A stretch of DNA of 62,351 nt, filler included, from Stramenopiles sp. TOSAG23-3 (taxonomy: Eukaryota), in assembly GCA_900128585.1 (NCBI GenBank). It is 7 parts of 7 records of this genome, joined end to end, with 100 filler letters (N's around TTAATTAATTAA, not from the genome) between each part and the next. Parts side by side here need not be neighbours in the genome. Positions count along the whole stretch, not along the records: positions 42,533 to 56,598 come from LT642592.1; 6 more parts are not named here. One strand, given 5' to 3'. This document shows, in pieces, positions 42,533 through 52,840 of this stretch. The notes beneath the pieces are model-generated. The model was not told where the DNA came from. It worked only from the letters and a program-made list of their open reading frames with translations, and made no database searches. The translations under genes were made by a program, and so were the position numbers. Numbering within the stretch: the first letter of the stretch is position 1; every line of letters starts with the position of its first letter.

Positions 42533-43126
42533 TGCATCATTTCGGTCAAGGCCGAGGTCAAGAAGAGAATATCGGAAAAAGGCTTGAGCGGGGCCGGTGA
42601 AGACTTACTGTTGTCCTTGCTGGATTTTAACCCACAAACGCGGCCAAGTGCACAAACGGCCTTTCAGCATCGGTGGGTAGGGGGCAAACCGAAGCTAACA
42701 GGTTCTTTGGGGGCTGGGAGTCTGCGGAGAACGAGAAGGACGCGGTCAACAAACGATCTTATGTCGCTTGACGAGAGGAGCCATATGACCAGCCCGCCGA
42801 TGCAATTTCCCCACGAAAGAAAAGATGGCCCTGATCAAGCGGACGCAGAGGCAAACGGGACGGAAAAGATGAGCGGAGAAGGAGGAGACGCAGCAGCTGA
42901 TGGTGGAATGCGAAGGCCACCTCGAATAGATACGTCCGCGGATGGTCAGCGAAGGCGACAATTTCTCCCCCCAGTCGAACCGCTGACTCCCTCTGTCGCG
43001 GGCGCCAAAACCATGCTCGACGAAGGGCAAAAATTACTGTCGATAGCTAATGCAAACAATGCGGTCAAAAGATCCAACCCAACGCCAATGTCGCCGATTA
43101 GCCCTCTTCAGCGCAAACGTAGGTAG
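42533..43126 (+). CDS. Ser/Thr protein kinase, C-terminal fragment
   Basis: Frame is open from the contig start. LSGAGEDLLLSLLDFNPQTRPSAQTAFQHRWV is kinase subdomain XI. Confidence 0.8.
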   Translation, partial: CIISVKAEVKKRISEKGLSGAGEDLLLSLLDFNPQTRPSAQTAFQHRWVGGKPKLTGSLGAGSLRRTRRTRSTNDLMSLDERSHMTSPPMQFPHERKDGPDQADAEANGTEKMSGEGGDAAADGGMRRPPRIDTSADGQRRRQFLPPVEPLTPSVAGAKTMLDEGQKLLSIANANNAVKRSNPTPMSPISPLQRKRR

Positions 43127-44066
43127 GAAGTGGGAGGGCCAGTTGTTCTTAAAATAAAAACTTTAAAAATTTCCAGATTGAAATTATATGCTTAATATAT
43201 TTTCTACTCATTTAGGCATTTCCTTCCACAATAACAGGTATTACGCCCACACAGCAAAGAGAATCCAATGTAATCGGTCCAGGTTTCCTTTTCAGATTTT
43301 TCGGTGAAACGTACAAATTAAATGGTGCTGTATAGATGTATATTTTATTTTTATCTTTAATATAAACACAGCATAAGAAAACACAGAGACCGTCGATTTG
43401 CAATTGACGAGTATCTGTGGCGCGGAATTGAAAAAGTACCTTACGAAAAAAGGTTTTTTTTCTTAATTTTAAACACTCAAAAGTAGTTTCAGATAAACAA
43501 AAGTATGCCTATGCGATTTGTTATTCCAACACAATTAAATGAACAAGTGTTTGTTGGGGTGGCGTTTGGTCCAAATCGCCCATTTCACAAAAAATTGTCC
43601 CTACGAACCGTAATTCCAAGTCAATTGAGGGCAAACAATTTACAAACGCTCGTTGAGGCGCAGACGTGGGAAGCTAAACGGCCGGGTGATCTAAACTTAT
43701 GCAGTTAGACGTCCTCCATGCTTTTGTTTGTCAGTTTCTAACGGAACGTTTCCATACTTTGAAATTCGAGTCGGATTTTTTTTCGCGCCAAGGACACTTG
43801 ACGCTTTAGTGGACAGGTATCTATCATTGCATTTTACTTGAAGAAAAACAACGACGGTCGTCTTTTTATTTTTAACAGAACGATGAAAAAATAACATGGA
43901 ACAGCATTGACACATAATTTCTACATCGACGCGTACAAAAACAATATTAACTTCTCGCGGCACTATCTTAAGAATTACTGTACTAAAGTTAAAATTACAA
44001 AACTGTGGGACCTTTTCCCTCCATATCGCGAGAAACTTTCGGAATGTGGCCGGGCTTAATTAAGCT

Positions 44067-46184
44067 TCATCCTTTCTTTGTGGCAACAAGGAGCCTTTCT
44101 TGTTTTGCGTTGGTAAACAGCCACACCAACCGAACGTTCGCAAATCCGTAAGCGGCCAGCATGTTTGAGTACCCACTTTGGAGATCATCTGTACGGCTGT
44201 GGAGCAATTTTATGGTCATAATTAGAGTCCCTCCGTCCTTCAACAAGTCGGAATATATCCCAATCGTGGACACAGCCGTCTTTGAGTCGCAGTTAATATC
44301 AGCCAGTAGTACATCAAATCCCCCCTCGTGTTTCTTTTTCACGTCTTCGTACCCGCCACGGGCGTACGACTCTATGAACGTGAGGTTTTTGTTAGTATAA
44401 AATTCCGCCGGTGGCTTCATTTTTGAGACCAAAACAACATCCTTCGCATTGCGACTGAGGTATTCCGTCCAGCCGCCACGACAATTACTGCCCAAGTCTA
44501 AGCATCTGCATTCTTTCAGATTTGCAAGCCTTCTCATTTCTACTTCCCATAATTTAAAGTACCCGCGGAAAACACCTGGTGTTTTATAGATATTATTAGC
44601 AGTTCTGCAGGCAGAAGACGTGCCGAAGTTGACGGCACGGGGCGCCACACCAGCCAGGAATTTCTCGCCATCAAGAATCCCATACGTAACGTACGCAACG
44701 TGGGTAAACTCTCGCGGACACAGTTTCAAGTTTTCGGGAAGAATTTTCAATATTTCTTTGGATAAACCAACGGGATAGGCCTGCAGACGGAGAGTAACAC
44801 CGTCCTTCGAAGACTCAACGAGCCAGTCACAGACTTGCTTCAACGTGTACATGATAGTTGAGACCACGTAGTACGATTCTATTGCACGACGTGCAGGGGA
44901 GCTCGTCCTGCAGAAATTTTCAAGCGTTGATAACGTATCACCCTGGCCTTCGTCCTCGCACAACATGAATGTATTCGTGCAATGCGTCACACGCAGCCGA
45001 TAGTTATTGTACAGGTAATCAACCAACCGGGAATAGAAATACTTTCCATAGCGAAGAAGCAGTTTTGGCGTGTTTGAATTGAAATGCCCTGAACTTTCCA
45101 GCTGTGAAAAATCGTCTTTTTTTGTTTCCGCCGGTTTACGGCAGAGCGTCCTTCCAGTCTTTGACATATTTCCAGAATCAAAGCCTTTGCATCGCAACCT
45201 TGCCTTCGTGTGACTGGTCTTTTTCTGCCTTTTCATTAGGTTGTCTTTCTGCAAATCGCCATCTTCCAAATTTCGCTTTTTCATTTCCGTGGAGTTGCGA
45301 CGAGCTGCCTTCCACATTTCAATTCGTCTTCGTTTGGAAAAGCGGTCGTAAAGAACCATTCCGACTAAATTTTGACAAAGTGCGTACTTACATGAGATAT
45401 CACCTGGCGCGCTCGGTATGGACACATGGAACGTGCAACGGGAAATGTAATCAATTGGCGGATTCGTTTCATCCTCAAAAAACATGTATATTGCCCTGGA
45501 AGGGTGAGAAAATGTTGCCAGGTCCTTCCCTCCACCCCCCGCAGTTACAGCTACCCAAGGACAATTGTAAGGGCAACATTCAGAAAAATCTTCCAAGGAA
45601 CGGTACCGAAACATAGGAAGGTCATGGTGAACCTTACTTTTCCAGCTCTTTTTCGTACTGTTCGCTTTTGCCTGGATCGAGAAGAGAAAAGCGGCGCCGA
45701 AGCGATCCGAAGACTCGATAAGCGTGGAACAGTTCTGAACGGTCTCGGAACCGACTACACCGCACCCGAAGTACGCAGCGTTGGGGCTTGCGCTAGATAC
45801 ACTTTGGGGGGGGGGGACTGCACGGGTAGCTCTATGCATACGCTCTACATTTTTTTGATGAATCAAGTTAATATTGATAGGCTCGGCGTCATCCACGCCA
45901 CTCTTCATTACCAAAGGTTTATGAGCAAAAGCAGAATCATCTTGCAACACTCTCCAACTCGTCCCGGCGGAACGGTGGGAAAGTTCGGCTTCGCAATAGA
46001 AAAATGGGACATAGTGTTCTTGCAAATACTTTCTAGTAAAATCGGCCTTAAGCAACAGCTGTTTTACAGCGGAACCAGTGCAAGGAAAATTAAACGGGGA
46101 ATAGTCCACAGAGCGTATAAGGCGCCCCTTTCCTATAGACTTGGAATTAACACTGACCTTCAGCGTGATGGTACAGGCGGCCAT
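44067..46184 (-). CDS. SpoU/TrmH-like plus FtsJ/RlmM-like RNA 2'-O-methyltransferase fusion protein
   Basis: N-half YFGCGVV...FGAAFLFSI...FSHPSRAIY...MVLYDR is SPOUT-like. The C-terminus FRGYFKL...CLDLGSNCRGGWT...LLADIN...MTIKL...ER is FtsJ-like. Confidence 0.75.
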   Translation of the reverse strand: MAACTITLKVSVNSKSIGKGRLIRSVDYSPFNFPCTGSAVKQLLLKADFTRKYLQEHYVPFFYCEAELSHRSAGTSWRVLQDDSAFAHKPLVMKSGVDDAEPININLIHQKNVERMHRATRAVPPPQSVSSASPNAAYFGCGVVGSETVQNCSTLIESSDRFGAAFLFSIQAKANSTKKSWKSKVHHDLPMFRYRSLEDFSECCPYNCPWVAVTAGGGGKDLATFSHPSRAIYMFFEDETNPPIDYISRCTFHVSIPSAPGDISCKYALCQNLVGMVLYDRFSKRRRIEMWKAARRNSTEMKKRNLEDGDLQKDNLMKRQKKTSHTKARLRCKGFDSGNMSKTGRTLCRKPAETKKDDFSQLESSGHFNSNTPKLLLRYGKYFYSRLVDYLYNNYRLRVTHCTNTFMLCEDEGQGDTLSTLENFCRTSSPARRAIESYYVVSTIMYTLKQVCDWLVESSKDGVTLRLQAYPVGLSKEILKILPENLKLCPREFTHVAYVTYGILDGEKFLAGVAPRAVNFGTSSACRTANNIYKTPGVFRGYFKLWEVEMRRLANLKECRCLDLGSNCRGGWTEYLSRNAKDVVLVSKMKPPAEFYTNKNLTFIESYARGGYEDVKKKHEGGFDVLLADINCDSKTAVSTIGIYSDLLKDGGTLIMTIKLLHSRTDDLQSGYSNMLAAYGFANVRLVWLFTNAKQERLLVATKKG

Positions 46185-46838
46185 CTGTCCGTGGACCACG
46201 CAACTCACCCCTGCTTTATCGTATAATTCTACGAAAGTGCTCTCTAACTGTCCCCTATTACGCTCAAGAGTTTCCGACTTTTTTGCAATTTGGCTGCGCT
46301 TTAGATATATGCAAACAATTAGTAGACAACGACGACAGAATGGACACCATTATTATCAGAATTAACGTATTCCCCCCTCCCCCCCACACTCATTTAGTTT
46401 AGCGAGTGCACATTTCGTTTAGCGAGTGGTGGTGGTGTTGTTGTTGTTGTGCAATTTTGATGCTAGGACGCCTTCTTATAATAATTAAAATTAATTTTTT
46501 TTATTTATTATTATTATTTTTTGTTGTTGTTGTAGTACGGGTACGATGGAACTCTCTCTTCTCCTCCTTTCTTCTTCTGATTTGATGCTGTTTTTGTGCG
46601 AAGCATGAATTGTTTTACCAGTACGTACATGATGAATTTGATTTACTAGTCGTCTATTTCATATAATACCAAAAATCATCAGTTATTTTAAAAAAGTCGT
46701 CGTCAAATACAAAGAAGAAAGAAGGGCAATAATACGTATATAATTTTCTATTTTGGTTGAGAAAAATATTAACCAGAGAGTATAAAATTTAAAACCGATG
46801 TAGCCTGGTCATGGTTCACAGAAGACCGTAATCACAAG

Positions 46839-47636
46839 TTATTCCATCGCAGCTTTGATTCTTGTATCCAAATCTTTCGCCCTACGAAGATGTTCCGCAG
46901 TCTGAGCCATCACAATTCGCATTTGTGCTTTCGCCTGTTTCGACCCATCCTCTTCCAATTCCTTTAGGAATTTTTCGTCTTCTTCTATCTGCGTCATGGC
47001 GAAATCAAAATCTTCCCGAAGTTTATCGACTTCGGTTTTGTCCTTGACAACTACACTTTTCGCCCCAGTTTGCCTTTGCATTTTTTTGTCATAAAATGCT
47101 CGGGCCTTGTCGCTTCCTGTAACAACGTGCAATGGAATTTTCTCGTCCAGCTTTTGGTAAGATCCAGCATCAGGTAGAATTTTACCTCCGTAAAACTGAT
47201 TTGACATTTGAAGCATTCGCTTTTGATGATCGGTAGAAACGGGCTTTCTGGCCTGACCGTGCCTACGATTAACGTCGAATTCTCTGGTCTTGTTACTGGC
47301 ATCAATCGATGCCTTAGACTTGCGTCCTCTGAGCAATTCAACTGGAGCCGGGGCCTTGTACTTTTTCCCCATACCAACCCTTGGCCGGTCTACGTCAACC
47401 TTCAAGATCCGGTTCGTGCGGGGGTTCACGTTGAACTTTCCTCCCGCCGGGATAAACTTCTTTTTAGATCCATCCGAGTTATTTGCGCCTCTCCTTACGC
47501 GAAGGGGTGGATAATTAATTTTAGGTTTGGACGACGTGGCGTACAACTTGTTGATCATTCGCCCAGCTTCACTGTCCATACCGAACGTTTTCCATTGTTC
47601 AGAGGAAAACTCTGGGGCCTGATAATACTTGTCCAT
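46839..47636 (-). CDS. UPF0193 (EVG1/C22orf23-like) protein
   Basis: C-terminal FDFAMTQIEEDEKFLKELE...IVMAQTAEHLRRAKDLD matches the UPF0193 tail pattern (from recall). Confidence 0.6.
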   Translation of the reverse strand: MDKYYQAPEFSSEQWKTFGMDSEAGRMINKLYATSSKPKINYPPLRVRRGANNSDGSKKKFIPAGGKFNVNPRTNRILKVDVDRPRVGMGKKYKAPAPVELLRGRKSKASIDASNKTREFDVNRRHGQARKPVSTDHQKRMLQMSNQFYGGKILPDAGSYQKLDEKIPLHVVTGSDKARAFYDKKMQRQTGAKSVVVKDKTEVDKLREDFDFAMTQIEEDEKFLKELEEDGSKQAKAQMRIVMAQTAEHLRRAKDLDTRIKAAME

Positions 47637-48410
47637 GACGATTGTTTCCCAGTGGTCACTACACAAACCCGAAAAGACTCGTAAGATTACTACAAGAGTG
47701 GGTATTCGATTTTAAAAAAACAAACTAATTTTGATCATTTACATACGCAAACGTCGGGTGAACATTTTATCTGACTTCGTTCATTGTGAATGACGAATAA
47801 ATTACGACACGATCGAAGAAGTTCACTTTTTTATTAAATATATAATAATATTTTTTTATTTTTATTANNNNNNNNNNNNNNNNNNNNNNNNNNNNNNNNN
47901 NNNNNNNNNNNNNNNNNNNNNNNNNNNNNNNNNNNNNNNNTTTTTAATACTGTCTGTATGTATATATATATAACAGTTATTATGAGATTAGCGAAATACA
48001 AACGTTCGAAGGAGAATTTATTTATATAAATCAAGTTAAAAATGTACGTAGTTATTCATATTCATACTGTATAGTAAAGTATGATTTTTCCTATATAATA
48101 TTTATATATATTTTTTGAAAACTTCTTTGGAAGAAAAAATAATTTTTTCTTCGTCGTTTTCTTTTGTTGTTGTTGATTCCAATGTTGTGATCCTGTACAA
48201 GTGATTCTTCAAGCTCATACCAAGGAAGGAAGTTGAATTTTTATTTTTTTAATTATTTTTTACCCCCACCCCCACACTTTTCATTTCGAATTTGTCATGT
48301 AGGAATAATATTCAAAGTCTTGGTTTTCATTCAGTTGCATAAAATATTAGAATTGTAGCAACATTTTCGCGCGAACGAAAAGTTAGTACTCCGCTGCTTT
48401 GTAGAACACA

Positions 48411-50099
48411 ATGATTAACCTGCTGGAGTGTTTGGTTCTTCTGCTCAGCTTTCTTTGTTATTCTGACTCTCTGAGCGGCGACTTTGTATTCGATGACAGG
48501 TTTGCCATTGTCTTGAATAAAGACGTGACTGTCAAAGAGAACTGGGGAAATATTTTTTTCAATGACTTTTGGGGCCGGTCCATGACTCATGTGTTGTCTA
48601 ATAAGTCTTATCGACCGCTGACAACTCTCAGTTTTTGTTTGAATTTCAGACTTTCGGGATTAGATCCCAGGTCGTACCATGTATTGAACCAGCTTCTTCA
48701 TACGCTTGGGACGTGGTTGTTTTTATTGCTGGGAAAACGACTTTTTAAAAACAGGGTGAATGGGGAAAAACTTGCCGTTTATTCCGCTTTGTGCTTTTCC
48801 GTGCACCCAGTGCACACGGAGGCAATATGCAACATTGTCGGACGAGCAGATTTACTGGCGTTCATCTTCACTTTGGTGTGCATGCTCGTCCTAACAAGCG
48901 AGACGGTACCTTTTCGTCACTCTTGGACTGCTCGTTTGCTCGTCATCTTTTTCGGCACGTCTGCGTACCTTTCCAAAGAAACGGGGTTACTAGTGTTCCC
49001 TATCTGTGGGCTTTACATTTTGCTTTGCGAAGGCAGGGCGCTATCGTTCAAGGCCGTTCTCTCCGTCGCTATTTTTATCGGAACGTTTATTGCGCACCTA
49101 GCGATTCGAGCAAGGATTCTTGGTAGTCTCAACATGTCTCCGAATTTCACCCCGCTGGACAACCCCCTATACTTTGAAAAAAATTTGACGAAACGGTTTT
49201 ACGACAGAGTTCAAACACACTGGGAGAACAATAGACTTCTGCTGTTTCCCATGCGACTGTCTTGTGATTACGGACCAGTTTCATTGAAGCCATGCATGGA
49301 GACGTCATTTTTGTGGCTTGATTCAGTCAATTTATGTTTTCTTCGTGCGACAGTCCTTTACTCTTTTTATGCATTTGCATTTTTGCACTCTGCTAATGCA
49401 TATTTTGGAAGTAGAGAAAAGGACACACTTTTGGCGTTTTCGTTCACATGGTTTATAGCATCAATGTTTCCCATGTCCCACCTTGGACTAAACATAGGAA
49501 CGGTGGTCGCAGAAAGGCTTTTGTACACCCCGTCTGGGCCATTTATCTTGTGGACGATGGGTTTGCTAGGTAGATACAGTCTGACGAGCTGTAGTGTCGA
49601 GAAACAAGGATCGAAGAGCACAAGAAAAGAACCGATTGCCATGTTTGTGGTGGTTTTTATAGTTGGAATGTTTGCACATCGATCCATTGAGCGTAGTAGA
49701 GATTGGAATAATGAAAGATTGCTGTTTCAGGCCGGCGTCAAGACTTTTCCCAACAATGCAAGAATGAACAACAACATTGGTACGTTACTGCTGCAAGAAA
49801 GCAGCAAGAATGCGAAAGCCAATAAAAGTATTTTGAAAGCCGCAGCCAATCACTTTCACATTGCTACCCAGTCCTCTCCAACGTATGCAACGGCATGGCA
49901 TAACCGTGGCTTGACCTTTCTTTTGGACGGGCAGCCTGCCAACAGTATACAGTACTTTGAGAATGCACTAAAGTTGGAGCCAAACGATATAATGTTTTTG
50001 AACAATTATGGGATTGCTCTGGAGAGGCTTAAATTGTTTACCAAAGCTAAGAAAGTTTTTGGCGTTGCACGAGCGTTAGAAAATGTAAAAAACAATTGA
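48411..50099 (+). CDS. TMTC: TMTC-family protein O-mannosyltransferase (GT-C, DUF1736 plus TPR)
   Basis: FVFDD, NDFWG, SNKSYRPLT, HPVHTEA, GRAD, SKETG, LSCDY, VAERLLYTPS and C-terminal TPRs. Confidence 0.92.
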   Translation: MINLLECLVLLLSFLCYSDSLSGDFVFDDRFAIVLNKDVTVKENWGNIFFNDFWGRSMTHVLSNKSYRPLTTLSFCLNFRLSGLDPRSYHVLNQLLHTLGTWLFLLLGKRLFKNRVNGEKLAVYSALCFSVHPVHTEAICNIVGRADLLAFIFTLVCMLVLTSETVPFRHSWTARLLVIFFGTSAYLSKETGLLVFPICGLYILLCEGRALSFKAVLSVAIFIGTFIAHLAIRARILGSLNMSPNFTPLDNPLYFEKNLTKRFYDRVQTHWENNRLLLFPMRLSCDYGPVSLKPCMETSFLWLDSVNLCFLRATVLYSFYAFAFLHSANAYFGSREKDTLLAFSFTWFIASMFPMSHLGLNIGTVVAERLLYTPSGPFILWTMGLLGRYSLTSCSVEKQGSKSTRKEPIAMFVVVFIVGMFAHRSIERSRDWNNERLLFQAGVKTFPNNARMNNNIGTLLLQESSKNAKANKSILKAAANHFHIATQSSPTYATAWHNRGLTFLLDGQPANSIQYFENALKLEPNDIMFLNNYGIALERLKLFTKAKKVFGVARALENVKNN

Positions 50100-50538
50100 A
50101 GCTGCAAAAAGTTTTTAGAGCCAGTTAACATATCATATAAGAATTCTTTTGCTCTGTTATTTAGGTATTATCTAAAGTACTATATATTTTGGTTTTCTAA
50201 AGTGAGAGTCTTAAAGCATTATAAAATACTTTGTACATGTTTTTTTATATTAAGTGTTTACGTACGTGACTAACCTACTTTCCATGCGACGCGATGTATA
50301 CTTTATTATATGTGGTTCTTGTCGCAACAGTTAAAAAAAATTAAATACGTACAAACAGCGCGCCATTATTTTGTTTTTTTCATACGAAATATCGACGAGT
50401 TCGTAAAAGTTTTACGAACATCTTAATTTATTATCTAAAAATTGGCTGTTATTAATCATCGTGTGCTCTCTTTAATTCGTTAAAAGTATTTTATGTTATA
50501 TACTTATCTATTTCATGTAGGCAAAAGTAAGAAATCTA

Positions 50539-51831
50539 TTATGCTCCTTTAGTCTTAACGGCGTTTCCCCGCAGCATGCTTTCAATCGCAGCTTTAGCAG
50601 GAGATGACACCATTTCTCTCGTTGGGGGGCCATTCTCTTGAGCGCCGTGCGCCATGTCTATCATTTTCAGAAACGCTTCCGACCATTTCGTTTTGACCTT
50701 CTCATACTCCGATTTTGTAATCGGGTTGAAGTAAGGAACGCATTCTTCTGGTGTTAACCGATTCAACAGAGAATGGGAAGACTCTTCAGAGGCTTGTATA
50801 AAACAAGAATATTCGGGATGATGGTGGTGATGGTGTCCATGCGCATGCCCATTTCCAGTTTCCAACAACGAATGAGAGTGCGATTGGTGGTACTGGTCGT
50901 GAATGTCCTCCGCATCTTTGGAATAAATCTCGAAGGCAAAAGAATACTTTGTTTTCGTTTTATCATACGCGTAGTCAAGGCACGTTCCAGGGCAAAGATA
51001 CCCCACTTCCTTCCCAGCCGGACCAGACGGGCATTCGCAGTATTCAGGGTTCAATTTGTCTATAATTTTAACCATATTTCCCAAGTCATTAGGATCGTCA
51101 TGTGGCACATCAGTGCTATATGCGTATGGTGTGTACATGCCTAAGGTGCCGGAGTGTACAGTAACAAACATGGACGGCGCATATTTATCAACGATGGCTT
51201 TTAACGTTTTTGTTTCTGGCTCGCTAAAGGCTTGCTTACCAGGGTACACGTCGCTTCCGTAGGATGCCTCGTCGGCCTCCCAGTGACTCTCCCAATTTCG
51301 ATTCAAATCAACACCGTTCTCGTTGACTCTTTGGCACGTGTTTCCTCTCTCAACGGAGTACCGCCCCAGTGGGTTTGCAATAGGAATCATGAATATTTCC
51401 GAATGACCCAAGACAGTTTGGGCCCAAATTTTTGAATTTTCATGCAACATGCAAAGATCTTCTGCCATTTGCAACGCGGTTTCCGGAGAGATAAGTTCTC
51501 GAGCGTGCTCTCCGAACAAGAAAAAGACTTTCTTCTTTTGTTTATCACCGGTTGTAGTCTTGAACAGGGCCGAGATTAAGGCCGGCGAATCACCGTGCTT
51601 GTCAAGGGTAACAGAAACGCCTTTCCCACACCCACCCTTGGACAGCGTTTCAAATCTTTGCAAAATATCATCCGCTGAATGGTAAAACGAAGGGATGAGA
51701 GGATTCAGTGTGTCTGGGCTTCGAGCTGGCGGCGGGACACCCTTCCCTCCCTGGCAGCCCGTTAATGCCGTGCAGAAGAGCGCTACAAAGCAGGTGAGCA
51801 CGTTTGGGCCTATACTAAAACAACGGACCAT
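50539..51831 (-). CDS. Secreted M14 zinc carboxypeptidase
   Basis: Signal peptide, GEHARE (HxxE), RVNENGVDLNRNW, FSEPET, VHSG and FAFEI. Confidence 0.9.
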   Translation of the reverse strand: MVRCFSIGPNVLTCFVALFCTALTGCQGGKGVPPPARSPDTLNPLIPSFYHSADDILQRFETLSKGGCGKGVSVTLDKHGDSPALISALFKTTTGDKQKKKVFFLFGEHARELISPETALQMAEDLCMLHENSKIWAQTVLGHSEIFMIPIANPLGRYSVERGNTCQRVNENGVDLNRNWESHWEADEASYGSDVYPGKQAFSEPETKTLKAIVDKYAPSMFVTVHSGTLGMYTPYAYSTDVPHDDPNDLGNMVKIIDKLNPEYCECPSGPAGKEVGYLCPGTCLDYAYDKTKTKYSFAFEIYSKDAEDIHDQYHQSHSHSLLETGNGHAHGHHHHHHPEYSCFIQASEESSHSLLNRLTPEECVPYFNPITKSEYEKVKTKWSEAFLKMIDMAHGAQENGPPTREMVSSPAKAAIESMLRGNAVKTKGA

Positions 51832-52132
51832 TTTAACGCGATAGTTTACCTGAACCGTTTACTCCTGAACACTAACGGACTACGTGTTCAAACACTGATC
51901 TCCGTCCCTTTCTCAGTACATGAAACGATAACTTCTTTTAATTCTAATTTGTCGTCGTAATGAATAATTTAATAGAATAATGAAAAAACAATCGCTAATA
52001 AATAAAATTATTATTATTACCTCCTTCTTCCTCGGGATTACAACAAAGTGGATTTTTATTATTACAGGTACGTACCGTACAGGAGGTACGAACCGAATTT
52101 GGACTAATCATCATCTCAATCATCATCTCTTC

Positions 52133-52230
52133 TTTTCTTCTTTTCTTTTTTTCTTCTTCTTTCTTCTTTCTTCTTTCTTCTTTCTTCTTTCTTCTTTCTT
52201 CTTTCTTCTTTCTTCTTCTTTCTTCTTCTT
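52133..52230. repeat. Pyrimidine-rich (TTC/TTTC)n low-complexity tract
   Basis: Direct observation. Confidence 0.85.
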
Positions 52231-52840
52231 CTGTCAAAGAATTGATGATGAATGATGCTATACACCTGTTAAAATGTAGTACTGATATCACAAATTTCTT
52301 CACTCAACTCCGCTTTCTTTCTTTTTTCGTTCTTCTCTTTTGTTGTTGTTTGTTTTGTTTTTATAATTCGTAAATGTCGTACGGTAGTTATTTTATTACT
52401 CAACAAAGGAGGTGAAGACAACTCAAAGTAAAAATAACACATATTCTAATTAGTCTATATCCTATATGAATTTGTAGTACTTAGTCATCATTCATATACC
52501 CTCATAGTTTTAATTATTATCGATATTCTTCCCTTTTTTTTGGGATTCCATTCACAATCCTCATCATTCATCCGGGCCTCTTCTTGCCTCTCTTCCTCCG
52601 CCAGTGGAGAATGTACATTCGTCGTAGAAGAGAAGACTGTGTACACAAAATGATGTAAATATTAGGGCAACGAAAACATTAACAACGTCATTAAAGACTA
52701 TTAAGCACGAACAACACTCACGTACATGTACCTTTAGAAAGCGCGTAATTATTGCTTTAATGGGCATTATGCGCCAAAAAAACGCATTCTGCGTTTCCAA
52801 CAGACCAAACAAAAAATAGTTCTCTGTTCTATGCAGCTTC

